A stretch of DNA of 64,000 bases from Octopus bimaculoides (taxonomy: Eukaryota), in assembly GCF_001194135.2 (NCBI RefSeq), contig NC_068985.1:54223656-54287655 (forward strand), in the 5' to 3' direction. Both the position numbers and the translations under genes were made by a program. Below the pieces are notes generated by a model. That model was not told the origin of the DNA, made no database searches, and saw only the letters and a list, made by a program, of their open reading frames with translations. This document shows positions 1 to 13,056 of the stretch, piece after piece (position 1 is the stretch's first letter; each line of letters starts with the position of its first letter).

Positions 1-523
1 TATTACATATGCAAGCATCACACAATCTGTCCTTCACACTGGGGGTAAAATCTCTTTGTTACCAACAGAGGTAAGAGATTCTTGAACTTTTTCCAACTTC
101 TTCTTATTGAGGCTACTATGCTTTTACAACAACAACCACCCTCCTGATAATTAGGCTACCTAGGTAACAAAAGCTATCAACTACTTTTAGGGAGACTTCC
201 AAACATTTGTGAAAATCTATTTCCAGTGAACTCTTTGTGCTCACTGCTCCTTGTGCAACAGTCACACATGAAGTCTACCATCTCTGTTAACCTTCCTATA
301 ATCCCACTACAGTTCTTGTGCACTTCTAGTCTAAACTGAGTACACTATATGGAACTCTTACAAACTCATTCTCTGCATTTCAAGCATGGCAGCAGGGTCC
401 TTTCATCTACTTTCTAATATTTTAGCTTTTGCTAAGTTTAATTTAAGGTCACTCAGTTTTAGGCTTTGTTTCCCCAACTGAAGCTCCTAAATCTTCAACA
501 GATTCAGCTATAAGAACTTGATC
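1..523 (-). mobile_element. Degraded RTE-clade LINE reverse transcriptase fragment
   Basis: Aligns by eye to the RTE copy at 17460-17960 (e.g. CAGAGGTAAGAG..CT.GAACTTT); minus-strand DQVLIAES matches DDLALIAES; many stops and indels. Confidence 0.7.
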
Positions 524-546
524 TTTCCTTCATCTCTCCCTCTCTC

Positions 547-845
547 TCATATATCATCATCATCATCATCATTTAACATTTGCTTTCCATACTGGTATGG
601 CTTAGACTGTTTGACTGGAGCTGGTAAGCTGGAGAGCTGCACCAGGCTCCAGTTGTCTGTTCTGGCTTGGTTTCTACAACTGGATGCCCTTTGTAATGCC
701 AGCCACTTCACAAAGTGCACTGGGTGTCTTTTCCATGTCACAAGCACAGGTACCGCCTATGTATTACTAGCACAGGTACCTCCTGTGTGTCACTGGCACA
801 AGTGCCTTTTATGTGTCACTGGCAGAGGTACCTTTTACATGTCAT
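547..845 (-). mobile_element. RTE LINE 3' UTR/tail fragment
   Basis: (CAT)n tail then TTTAACATTTGCTTTCCAT...GGATGCCCT, homologous to 17064-17270. Confidence 0.75.
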
Positions 846-1138
846 GTATACACACACATACAACTGATAACCAAAGTTTTGTATTAATGAAGTAGTTGTT
901 AATTAAAATTTGTGCCCTCCCCACCCACCCAACAGTCAGCTGATTATCTGATTGTGCACCAAAATAAGGATACCTAGAGTGCTGGCAGAGTACCATGGCC
1001 AATACTCTGGTGCACAGTTAAATTAATCAGCTGACCATTGAATGTTAAGAGGCCTGCTCTGTATATACTCACTGTCACTTATAGAGCATTGAATACATTA
1101 ACTTCTGTTGATCATGTGTGTGTGTGTGTGTGTGTATT

Positions 1139-1550
1139 GCAGGTGTGGTGGATTAGTAGGTGTCAGAAAAAATACCTTGCAGTATTTGTTCTGAGTATTT
1201 ACATTCTAAATTCAAATTTCCATGTTTCGGAAGCAATCCCATACCAGATCAATACTCTCTAAACTTCAGTATCTATACAGTTTAACATTATTCTCAACAC
1301 AGAATTCATGACTCAAAAGCTGCATTCCATCCATAACCTGCCATATCATTTCTTTAAAGAATTTATTTAGCATCTATTTCTGGTATAATTTTGCTCTTGA
1401 TTCTAAAAAGACACTTTTCTTTTTATAGTGATGATTATGATGAGCATGTGATGTCAAGACAAAGAGACACTAACATACAGCCGAGTACAGGGGTTGGTGC
1501 AGTCAAGTAACCCTGTCACCCAAATTTCAGACATTACATCTATATCAAAA
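1139..1550 (+). mobile_element. SINE family B copy interrupted by a 248-bp insertion
   Basis: Head-like sequence to TTCAAATTTC (1139-1220); 3' body GAGTACAGGGG...CCCAAATTTCAG resumes after 1479. Confidence 0.5.
1232..1479 (+). repeat. 248-bp direct duplication, copy 1 (probable inserted copy)
   Basis: Matches 2832-3079 with 5 transition mismatches; offset 1600 bp. Confidence 0.95.
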
Positions 1551-2404
1551 ATAAGAGAGAGAGAGAAAGAGAGAGTGTGTGTGTATGTGTGTGTGTGTAT
1601 GCATGCACGCGCATGCATGTGTGCACATGCACACTCTCACACATGCAGTGAAACCCACTAATTGTGCTATTTAGATAATAATAACCAGTTAACATTCTTG
1701 CAGCGGCTATGGAATCGTACTTAAAGGGGTTTTGGACTCACTAATCTTGATAACAATAAATCCTTGATAATATTATTTGTGATTATGAAAATTGGTTTCT
1801 ACTGTATATATTTACAAACAGCATTATAACTGAAGTAAAATCAATTGTTGTCAGTTTTTGTGGGTACATAGCACTTAGCCCTTAGCCTGAAAACAAGTCT
1901 TAGTATATATAGGCATGCTTAAAGGAATGAGGGAATTGGATAGAGGGTGTACAGTTTTTAAAGAATGAGGTAGTTGGACAGAGAGAGTATAGCAACAATT
2001 TAAAAGGGGATCACAGCTGGATGAGGCTGTCATTGCAACAACTGCAAAGGGGAAGGAAGGGCAGTGTTACAAGGGAAGTTAGTTTATGTGCTGACAGTGA
2101 CACAGAAGAAAAGTATGGATAGAAATTACATAAAATGAACTGTGCAATGTGGAGAAGAAGAAAAATGCATATATTTAATTAGCAAATGGATTCTAAAATG
2201 TTGCTAAGAATATGAAAATGACTGCAGTAAGGATATTCATCCACATCAACGGAGGAGAATAAAAACATGAGAAAGAGATAGGAGAGGTTTGTTATTATTT
2301 AGGAGATAGCAAATGCAGAAGATGGTAAGATAGTAGAATCTAGACCAATTGTAGAATATAACAAGCAGCTTTCAACCCTGAGAAAAGTAATTGATGAGTT
2401 TAGT

Positions 2405-2440
<36 letters not shown>

Positions 2441-2831
2441 AATAAGCACCTTTTGAATAGGTTAGCTGTCAGAGATAAAGATGTAATTATTTTAGCAAGA
2501 AGAGATGGAATGATGAGTTTATTACCGATGATGGTGGTGTTGACTTGGCAGCAATAGAGACCGATAAGTGTATGGAATAAGTTAGTTGTAGTTTTTGTTG
2601 TCGGTGGTGGTGATGGTAGTAGTAGTAGTAGTAGTGGTGGTGGTGGTGAAGGTACAGAAATTATCAACAACACTAACGTTGATAGTAACTGGTGTTTCTA
2701 ACGATGTTGATGTTTGTCATGAAATTGCTGATTGTGTTTTTTTAGTAACGAAGTTGGTTTTAATTATCACCACCAAATAAATCAATACTACTGACTAATA
2801 ACAATGAAGAAATACCAACAACCAATCAATC

Positions 2832-3079
2832 AGCAATCCCATACCAGATCAATACTCTCTAAACTTCAGTATCCATACAGTTTAACATTATTCTCAACAC
2901 AGAATTCATGACTCAAAAGCTGCATTCCATCCATAACCTACCGTATCATTTCTTTAAAGAATTTATTTAGCATCTGTTTCTGGTATAATTTTGCTCTTGA
3001 TTCTAAAAAGACACTTTTCTTTTTATAGTGATGATTATGGTGAGCATGTGATGTCAAGACAAAGAGACACTAACATACA
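2832..3079 (+). repeat. 248-bp direct duplication, copy 2 (probable donor)
   Basis: Matches 1232-1479; its right end continues into the SINE at 3046-3247. Confidence 0.95.
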
Positions 3080-3247
3080 CATGTATATGATCAGCTTCTT
3101 ATGGTTTCCATCTACCAAATCCACTCACAAGGCTTTGGTCAGCCTAGGACTATAGTAGAAGACACTTGCTCAAGCACTAAACAGTGGGACTAAACCCTAA
3201 ACTAAATGATTGGAAAGCAAACTTCTTAACCACACAGCTACACCTTC
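3046..3247 (-). mobile_element. tRNA-derived SINE, family A head/body
   Basis: CTACCAAATCCACTCACAAGGCTTTGGTC...GAAGACACTTGC...CAGTGGGACT...CTTCTTAACCACACAGC. Confidence 0.75.
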
Positions 3248-3689
3248 CCACCACCACCGAAGAAAATTATATAAATCAAAATATCTTAAGATAATTTTAA
3301 ATTAGATTATTAGTTAAATTAGGATAACTGCCTGAATCCCCACTCTGCTGTCTACTTAGTAGAATGGTATCAGATTTGGAGATTTAATATATTGGCTATA
3401 AGCCACATATATAGATTCACATTTTTTTCTCTACAAGGGATGATAGTAACATCTCACCAAATATGACCAGTGTAATACTGGACCCAAACCCATAACAAAG
3501 AACTGTATAATTAGTATTTCAACACTAATCTTTCTGTGTGAAACTAAATCACAATCCAGTACAAGAAGAACAATCTTATTTAATTTCACATGTCAAATGA
3601 TGATAAATTTACCACAGTTTACACACACACACACACATATATCAGTGGCAGCAGTGGCCTGTTCCTCGAATCCAAGGATTGATTTCTCC

Positions 3690-4235
3690 TGGATGAACAT
3701 TTGGACCATTAATGCTGATGGAGAATGTGGCTAATGGGGTCAACCTTCACACAGAACGTGATTGCATTGGCCACATGTCAAGATCGGAGTCAGTCCTGGT
3801 TGCTGCTGTCAGACCTTCCATTGCCATTCTCTCCTCTTTTCTTACTCTTTCAAACAATATTACGTTATTGTTTATATTTTGTCAGTAGGTGGAATGGTTC
3901 ACTATGGTCATCTCAAAAGCTAGGGGCTTGAAGCTGGTCTGCTTCGGAGATGACTTTAGCTGATCTTTGTAGCATCAAAGAGGAGCACCTCTTTGCCTTT
4001 TCCCAGTTGCCAGTTTGCTGAAGAGGATTTGAGGAAGCTGTTCATTGTTCATCCTGGTGACATGGCTGGTCCAACAAAGACCATGTTTAATGATTAGGGA
4101 TTCAATGCCCTGGCTATTTGCACTTTCCATCACATCTTTTGACACAGATGGACATGTTTTTACAAGGAAAATGTGAAGGAGTCCACAAATGAATGACCAT
4201 TCTCTAAATCCCTAAGGAGTGATAAAATGATGTTA
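3690..4235 (-). mobile_element. Degraded RTE (BovB-like) LINE C-terminal fragment
   Basis: Minus-strand pseudo-translation LCWTSHVTRMNNEQLP resembles LRWAGHVVRM-D-RLPK; frame broken. Confidence 0.55.
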
Positions 4236-4252
4236 AATTTTTCTTCTTTTTT

Positions 4253-4572
4253 TTTACTTCTTTCAGTCATTGGACTACAGCTATACTTGAGTACCACCTT
4301 GAAGAGTTTAGTTGAACAAACTGACCCATGTACTTATTGTAACGATCTATTTTTGCTGGACTGCTAAGTTAAAGGGACATGAACAAACCAACAACGGTTG
4401 TCATTTGGTAGGAAGAGGACAGACACAAACACAGACACACAAAGACACACACAATGAGCTTCCACACTGTTTCCGTCCTACCAAATTCACCCACAAGGCA
4501 CAGGTTGGTACAGGGTTATGGCAGAAAACACTTGCCCAAGATGCCGTGCAGTGGGGACTGAACTCAAAACCA
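4253..4572 (-). mobile_element. SINE family A (old copy, head truncated)
   Basis: Homologous to 47221-47616 from the TTTCAGTCATT tail through GTGGGGACTGAAC. Confidence 0.8.
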
Positions 4573-5987
4573 GTGTGGGTATTTTAAGCACATTTATTTG
4601 GGCTGGCATGATTCGGTGGAGTGCAGTTTTTAGAAGATGCACTCACTTCCTTGTGGTCAACTCAACTCTCACAAAGTCAGTCACAGAAATCCTCTTTTTA
4701 GCTAAGTAACCCTCACCCCAATACACACATATACATACAAACACAATGTTGCAGCACAATGTTGCAAACACAATGTTGCACTGTTTGCTTACACAAGTTT
4801 CCATGGGTTAGCTTTAATGAAAATACCCCTGAATAAATATGACCTACCCACACCCAAAGATAATAAACATGTAATTAGGTACTCAGATATTTCTACCGCA
4901 ATCTGTTTATGTAAACAACACTCAAGTACAAACGGTACTGAGACCTCTCTCTCTCTCTCCTTTACAATGGAGTAAATGTAAAGTCTATATTATTCTTTTA
5001 AATTTCATTCACTTAAGGACATGAAACAAATTTACAGCATAGGAGACACAATATATAGTAATATTTAGTAGTCCTCATAGATATCATAGAGACAACAGTT
5101 GAAGCATATAAAGATGGAAGGAGTGAGGATGAAGAACAAAAAGGAGAAAGTGAGAGGCTAGTTGTTAAGATTGTAGAAAATCAACATGAATTTTTGATTT
5201 TTTTAACAGATATACTATGAAGGATGTGTGTGTATGTATGTTATACATATATATGCATGGGTGTGTATATATGTATATACAGTTTAAATGCACAAAAACC
5301 AAAAGGCAGAGACAGGTGAGGTATCAACAAGCAGAGGAAAATGGAAAAGTCTTTGACGTTTTGAACCTATGCTGACAGAAAGGGATGGGGGGAAATGGGG
5401 GGGAGAGAGAGAGAGAAACGGAAAGAGAATAAAAATGCATCGGGATTAATGGTTATATATATATACATATGCATTTTGCACTATGTTAAAATTATATATT
5501 AAAATATACACTAAATTAAAATGGAAATTTAAATACTTAAACACAAAATAGGGTGTAATTCTGTGTCCACATGTATGTATGTGTAAACATACAATCGAAT
5601 AAATATTTTTGTCATTTTCTAAGACAGATTCATCGACCATACCTTACATGAAAATCCGTAACAATTGTAAATATTAAGGATAAAATACGATCATTAATTA
5701 GCCATATGTTAGTTAAAAAAACAAAAACACCACCATCCTGCTGTGACAGAAAAGAAGTACCTTCTTATGCAAGAAGAATGCCGAGGAATTCTGATATTTA
5801 AGTAACAGCCACAAGAGAGAGTATTACACAAAGATCACTGGTCTTCTATCAGTGATGGGAGTGTATTTATTTATTTTTTAACTAAACACACAATTATTAC
5901 TCAGAGATGCAACTAAATCTGTTACCGATGTTGGGCGGAAGAATATCTTTAAATGCTACACCATGAAGAAAAACACTCAAGAAATTC

Positions 5988-5992
<5 letters not shown>

Positions 5993-6066
<74 letters not shown>
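5993..6066. repeat. (GA)n microsatellite
   Basis: Perfect GA run. Confidence 0.98.
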
Positions 6067-6069
<3 letters not shown>

Positions 6070-6260
6070 TATTTTGGTTTATTTAAATGAGGAAGAAATA
6101 GAGATATATGTTTAAATAAATGAAAATATAAAAAATTATATCTAAAAAAAATGTCAAAGCAGTAGTAATTGTAATCAGCCTACAGAGAAGATTACCTCAC
6201 TGAAACCTGTGTTGGTGTATGAGAGTAAGCAACCTTGTCAATGTTCATATTTCTTTCGTT

Positions 6261-6711
6261 GGGTTTGGTACATAGCTGTTTACTGAGGGTTTGGTACATA
6301 GCTGTTTACTAAGGGTATGGCACATGGTTGTTTATTGTGAAGGGTTTGATACATTGCTGTTCATAGTGATGGGTAGGGTTTGGGATGTAGCTGTTTACTG
6401 TGAAGGGTTTAGTACGTAGCTGTTTAAAGCGAAGGGTTTTATACATAGCTGTTTACAGCAAAGGGTTTGGTACATAGCTGTTTACAGCAAAGGGTTTGCT
6501 ACATAGCTGTTTACAGCAAGGTGTTCGGTACAGAGCTGTTTACTGGTACATTGCAGTTTACTGTTAAGGGTTTGGTACACAGCTGTTTACTGTTAAAGGT
6601 TTGCCACATAGCTGTTTACTGTTAAGGGTTTGGCACATAGCTGTTTACTGTTAAGGGTTTGGCACATAGTTGTTTATTGTTCAGGGTATGTTAAATAACT
6701 GTTTGCTGTTA
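6261..6711. repeat. Minisatellite, ~29-bp unit GGGTTTGGTACATAGCTGTTTACTGTTAA, ~16 degenerate units
   Basis: Directly visible tandem units without unique spacers. Confidence 0.9.
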
Positions 6712-7141
6712 GTTTGGAAGATAATCATAAATGAGTATAAATAAAGAAACAAAAAAGTAGTTAGTACAGCATTTGTGCAGAACCACATCAGCACAAAACT
6801 ATATTCAATATAGTTTTGTGAATCAACAATTTGCAGTTGCCGTTGTGACACTATCGGTATTATATAAGTGGCTGACTGCTTCGATGAGGTATGAGACAGC
6901 AGTGGTCATTTAAATCCACAACAGAATGGGTGAAATACGGAGGAGAGAAGGAGAGAAAGAAAGAAAAAAAAAACTAACTGGAAGCAACTTATTTTCTTTT
7001 CATTTATACGAAGGTGAGGAGAAAACCATAGTGAACGTGTGATATCTGTGTGTGTGCGCGCGCGTGAGTGTATATATATGGTGACAGAGAATGAATCAGG
7101 AAGATAGGTTTGATAATTACAAAGTAACAAGGAAAAGGATG

Positions 7142-7182
<41 letters not shown>

Positions 7183-7379
7183 TTTTTTTCACTTTATAAT
7201 TACTAAAGAATAATTTTTCGAGTTAAACCGGGGAAGGGGGACACTCGGAATGTAATCAGTGTTTTATTTTTATTTTATTTATTTTTACAAAATCGAACTC
7301 AGCACAAGAAAAAAAAGAAAAAAAACTACCAACTGATCATGTAATATTAGAAATATATAAGGACCAGGAAGAGTGATGG

Positions 7380-7414
7380 NNNNNNNNNNNNNNNNNNNNN
7401 NNNNNNNNNNNNNN
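7380..7414. other. Assembly gap (N run)
   Basis: Ns in sequence. Confidence 1.
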
Positions 7415-9936
7415 AATAACTAGGGAACAACACTGCAGAAAATAAAACCATATAAGGTCTGTGCTAATATACATACTGTAATGAGCCACGAAATTTTAAT
7501 TAATTTGATTTTAATAAATTATAGTTTCGAGGGGGTTCACTACACTCACTACACCAGCATCGTGCTTACCATGTAGTATTAAAATATGTAATTACAATAA
7601 ATAAATGAATGATAATATAGATATCTGGTAAAATTCAGGTAGAAAATTATAAATAATGATTAAATAGTAATAATATTTAGTTGTTTTGTAAAATGTAATG
7701 TATATATTATATTCGGCAAACTTCAGTTTCGTTTTAGCACCGTTTAGCTCTCATCAGATAAGTAAATACTAAGGTTTGGTAGATAGTAAAATCCAATTTC
7801 GGATAAATATTATGTAGAATGGATAGAAATACATGGGAATCCGATGTAAGACTGCTTTAGAGAGTGATTTTGCACAAACAACGAGATTGTGACTATGTGC
7901 ATGTGTGCGTACATATGCACGGACGTGCATGCATGCCCCCACCACACACACACACACACACACAATCAATACGGTATGTATAAATAAGAGTATCATAACT
8001 GAGCGACTTAAAGCAATGCAACAAGAAGAAAAAAGAAAACTAGAGTTTAGGAGAGAACACCATTGTTGAAATGATGAAAATACCTGTGGCATGGGGCTGT
8101 TTAAATATCCGAATGTGTAAAGTACTCCAGAGCAGAAGAAGCTTTTTACAGCAGAGTTACAAGTAGTTCTGGGTATATCTATAGTACGGTAGTAGTAGTA
8201 GGAGGAGTAATAGTAGTAACAGCAACAAGAGGAAGGGGAGGAGGAAAAGAGGAATATACGGAGGAGGAAAAGAGGTGTCGGTGACGGTGACGATGTAGGT
8301 ATCTGACCTATAAATGAAACAATCCACCAACTTTTTTGAAATAAGTGTTGCCAACCATAACACGATGAACAACGAGACGACGACTACAACAATAACACCA
8401 ACGATGACAAGGACATGATTGAAAAACTGAGCAAATTAAAGCAAGCACTGCTAATATATATATATATATGATCATTATTACTATAGTAGTTGAGATGTCC
8501 AGATGTTCTCATAGGGAAATCTGCTCTGCCGCTATTGCAGCTTAAAGAAGAATAACATAATTGGAACCAAACTAGGTGTTGTAACGTGTTCATTACTCAA
8601 TCTTTTACCGTCTTACCTCAAAGAAAAATATTACATCCATTACTACTACTACTGCAATGATGACAACGACGATTTACTTTGTATAAGGTCACGTTAATAC
8701 TATTGTTGTAATAAGAATTATCCTTAATGAAATAATTTTGGAGTTAGCAATGAATTTGACCTTTAGTTCCTTAGTTGCTTTATATTCTAAAGGAACGAGA
8801 GAGGGAAAGAAAGGATGAGTGAAGATGCTTCAAGTGGGTTTGAGTCTTTCACGTGAAAATTCTATGTAGTAAGGAGAAGAGTTAAGGAAGGTATTGTAGT
8901 TGAATCAAATCTGAAGAAAGTCTGTGAGACAGCAGTTGAATTTATGTAGCAGACAGAAAAGGAAGGGGCATCAGTCAGCTAGCACAGAGAGGGAATAGAA
9001 AGCTGGATTGCAAGAAGGAAGAGGTAGAAACGTACAGACAGCCAGACTGATGCCTATAGCCAAGTGAATTCCCCAGCGTAGAAAACACAAATCAATATGG
9101 AATGAAGGAGAGATGCACCGAAAAACAGGAAAAAATTGGAAGGGGGCGGCAGTGGACATGTAAGAAACGTAATTGGGCAGAATGTTGGGTGAGATATTGG
9201 AGAGATATTGTGCAACGATAACGGAGATAAACTGAAATTGGAAAGGAAATATGTGGGAATATATTAACCCAAGACGTGGTGGTGATTTAAGGAAGAATGA
9301 AGGATCATTGTAGCAGGTGGTGGAGTGATGTGGAAGTACAAGGGATCTAAGAAGAAGAGAATTATGTTCTATTTAGAAGGAATGAAAGGCAAGGTACAGA
9401 ATACAGAGGATAGATAAATGGAGATATTAGGAAATATTGAAGAGAATCAAATGAGTAAGACAAGAAGAAAAAAAAGCAGAGAGGGGCAAAAAGGAATTCA
9501 TCCTACTGCAAGATAATAGGGAAAAAAAAATAGCCAGAAAGTAACAGGAAAAAGGAGAAAAAAAAGTGCTGGAGAGTAAGAAGAGAAAAAAAAAATAGCA
9601 ATAGAGAAGGGGTAGATTCCACCCCACCTCACACACAAGTAATGAATGAGCAAGGAGGGAATTCCTTAGATATGAAAATGGTAGGAGGGATATCCCATAG
9701 AAACACAGCAACAAATGTTGCTGATTCCATTGTTGTGGTTTATACTAGCAGGCATTTAACTACAAACAGGTAGAGCATCGTAAAAATAAAGCAGGAATAA
9801 TACATGAAATACTGCATACAAGACATGGAGATCTTAGATAAGGTGAAGTGACTTTCTATGTATTCAATTTCAGTTCTATCTATCAAGACTCAGTTACAAG
9901 CTAGATTGTCTCAGTATTTACAACATGTCGAAATTA

Positions 9937-10362
9937 TCTTTTACTTGTTTCAGTCATTTGACTGCGACCATGCTGGAGCACCACCTTGAAGAATTTTCAG
10001 TCAAATGAATCAACCCCAATACTTATTTTTTCTTTTTGTTAAGCCTGGTAATTATTCTATCAGTATTCTTTTGGCAAACCACTAGGCCTTGAGAATGTAG
10101 ACACACAAACACTGGTTGTCAAGCAGTGGTGGGGGGACAAACACACACACACACATATATATATATGTACATGTGTGTGTCTCTCTCTATATATATACAG
10201 TGGGCTTCTTTCTGTTTCTGTCTGACAAATCCACTCGCAAGGCTTTGGTCAACCTGAGGCTATACTAGAAGACACTCTTACCCAAGGTGCCACACAGTGG
10301 GACTGAACTCGGAACCATATGGTTGGGAAGCAAGCTTTTTACCACACAACCATGCCTGCACC
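9937..10362 (-). mobile_element. SINE family A, near full length
   Basis: Tail TTTTACTTGTTTCAGTCATTTGACTGC, internal (CA)/(TA) microsatellite, A/B-box head ending GCCTGCACC. Confidence 0.9.
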
Positions 10363-10457
10363 TAGAAACTGGAAGAAAACTTCTTTTTTTTTATGTTGAG
10401 CAAAACCTATAGGAATATTAGCGCTAATCAAATAAGAATAATAGACAATAAATTAAA

Positions 10458-10811
10458 AAGAAGCTTGCTTCCCAATCACATAGTTCCAGGTTTAGTCCCA
10501 CTATGTGGCACCTTGGGCAGGTGCCTTCTACTATATCATCAGGCCGACTAAAGTCTTGTGAGTGGATTTGGTAGCAGGAAACTGAAAGAAGCCCACCATA
10601 TGCATGTGTGTGTGTGCCCTATCACTGCTTGACAACCATTCTTGGTGTGTTTACCTCTCCGTAATTTAGTAGTTTGGCAAAAGAGATCGATAGAATAAGT
10701 ACCAGGCCTTAAAAAAAGTACTGGGATCCATTCATTTTGCCTAAAAATTCTTCAAGGTGGTGCCCCAGCATGGCTGCAGTCTAATGACTGTAACAAGTGA
10801 AAGAATAAAAA
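10458..10811 (+). mobile_element. SINE family A, head-to-head with 9937-10362
   Basis: GGTTTAGTCCCACT B-box, GGCACCTTGGGCAGGTG, tail CCCCAGCATGGCTGCAGTC...AACAAGTGAAAG. Confidence 0.9.
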
Positions 10812-10819
10812 GGATGGGT

Positions 10820-11100
10820 TAGAAGAGTCATTTCCAGCAGTGTGTTGGCACATGTTGCAGACCTTTGTCAGCTCCTTAAATAAACCTTCACTACTACTGC
10901 CGTTGTCTGTTTCTCTCCCCATCTCTCTCCTGCAGGTTCCTTCCACTTGGTTGCATAACACTCCTTTACTCAACAGTCATCCTTATATTCCTCACATGTC
11001 CAGATCAGCACAGTCCCCTACAGCTGACTCTTCTCATACCCAGTTTTTCTCTCAGCTCAATGGAGCCCAGTCATCTAAACACGTTAACATTATCCATTCA
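10820..11100 (-). mobile_element. RTE LINE C-terminal ORF fragment
   Basis: Minus-strand ELREKLGMRR and QVEGTCRRE resemble RTE ELREKLGIR...VEGTCGRGRP. Confidence 0.65.
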
Positions 11101-11600
11101 ACAGAGCATGCTTTCTCCATCTATTTTCAGTTTTTGCACATCCTTTGCATTTAATTCCTGTGTTCCACTACAAGACAGACAGATATAGCTACAGTGAGTG
11201 TGTGTACGATGGGTCTCGCCCTTTGATTTAGCTGTATAGGGAGGTTCGGTTGCTTATTCAATTACCTAGTGCTTGTGTCTACTGTCAGGCATTCAGGTAA
11301 CTGTATGTATGTGTGTGTATCTATGATAGATATATGATGTATGTATGTATGTATAGATGGATGGATAGATAGATAGATAGAAATATAAAGTTTAGTTTGA
11401 CAGACAAAAGAAAAAGAGAACTCAGTAGATTACACAGACAAGAAGAGAGAGGGAAATGGTGCATGTGTAAAGAGAGAAAGAGATATACAAAGACATAGAC
11501 AGAGAGGGATTAATTAAACAATTAGCTTTATCTTTTACTCTTAATATTAATTACAGTTAAATACTGCTATCAATTAATTAACAACTGAAAATGTAATACA

Positions 11601-12608
11601 TCAGGTCATCCCATAAGTTCTGTCTGATTTTACTTTTTTTTAAATTGAATGAAATTTAATAGTATTTTAGAATGTCTAATGGAATTTAAAATTATTTTTA
11701 TGCATTTGTATACATTTAAACTAATTAAATATTATTTTACAGAATAATAGAATTAAAATTTCTTTGGTTAAAACCCTTTCTAACATGGAAGTGTCCAAAG
11801 AGCATTTCAGGCACATAATGCTTTATGAGTACAGAAAAGGAAACTGTGCAGCCGAAGCGACTCAAAACATACACTCAGTTTATGGGAAAGAATGCTTGAT
11901 GGCTTGCAAAATTCAGAAGTGGAGATTTCAGCCTTGAATTGTCCGAAAGCAACTGCAAATCCCAAGTTGACATCTGCTCTTCTCTCCATTCTCGCAGACT
12001 CATTTCACTCTTTTTGGATAGACTTGTGACTAGTGACAAAAAATGGATCTTCTATCGAAATGTTAAATGTTGTAAACAGTGGCTTGGTAAAAGGGAAAAA
12101 GCTCAACCACAACCAAGAAGGGAACTTCATGGAAAAAAGGTTCTTCTCTCTATCTGGTGGGATTGCAAAGGAGTAATTCACTTAGAATTGTTACCCTAAT
12201 GCAACAATCAATGCTCAAGTCTACCGTCAGCAATTAGAGTGTTTGAACCAAACTTTGAAGAAAAAAAAAACTCGCTTAAGTGAATCGAAAAGGAGTGATG
12301 TTTCGTCAAGACAATGCGCAACCCCACACTGCAAAGATCACATCACAGAAGATCAAAGAGCTTGATTGAGAAAAAATTCCTCTTCCACCTTATTCTCCCA
12401 ACCTTGCTCCTTCAGACTACCAGGAGAAGATCGAAACTAACATTTCACTTGAAACCAAATGAGTTTTACATTGACAGGAGTAAAAAGCTTGTAAATAGAT
12501 GGAAGGAAGTCATAGATAATCAGGGAAAGTACATTGATGATTAAATATAACATTTGATCACTTGTTTTCTTTATTCAAAATTCGGACAGAACTTATGGGA
12601 TGACCTGA
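11601..12608 (+). mobile_element. Internally deleted mariner (DD34D-type) transposon
   Basis: 27-bp TIRs TCAGGTCATCCCATAAGTTCTGTCYGA (11601-11627, 12582-12608; 1 mismatch); right TA target site (left CA). Transposase remnants MEVSKEHFRHIMLYEYRKG from 11785, FLDRLVTSDKKW...VLLSIWWDCKG, QDNATPHT, YSPNLAPSDY; stops and frameshifts. Confidence 0.95.
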
Positions 12609-12628
12609 TAAACAAAAACAAATAACCT

Positions 12629-13056
12629 AATATTGATTTCAAATTTTGGCACAAGGCCAGCAATTTTGTGAGAGTGAGTAAATCAACTGCATCAATCCAA
12701 ATGATCAAATGGTACTTATTTTCTTGACACCGAAAGGACAAAAGGCAAAGTTGACCTCAGTGGAATTTGAACTCAGAATGCAAGGACAGATGAAATGCTG
12801 TTAAGCATTTTGCCTGACATGGTAATGTTTCTAACAGCTCGCTGTCTTACAAATAACCTGATATTGATTCAAAATGTTGGCACAAGGACAGCAATTTTGG
12901 GGAAGGGATAAGCCAAATACATTTCCTGCCCGCCCCCAGTGTTCAGCTGGTACTAATTTTATCAACCCTGGCAGCATTTGAATTCAAAAGAAAAAGTTAG
13001 AAGAAATGCTGCTGAGCATTTTCCCCAGCATAAGATTACGCCAGCTTGCTGCCTTT
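12629..13056 (-). mobile_element. Two tandem SINE family B copies
   Basis: Each has TTTTGGCACAAGG...GGTACT...AATTTGAA.TCA...AGCATTTT; CAAATAACCT(A/G)AT lies before, between and after them. Confidence 0.8.

Noticed and set aside
5345-5390. Possible decayed PLE end on the minus strand (…GGTTCAAAACGTCAAAGAC)
   Set aside because: The CTGANGA core is absent and GAAA is mutated, so it is too degraded to call.
6261-6711. CRISPR-like array
   Set aside because: Units are contiguous with no unique spacers, and the context is eukaryotic.
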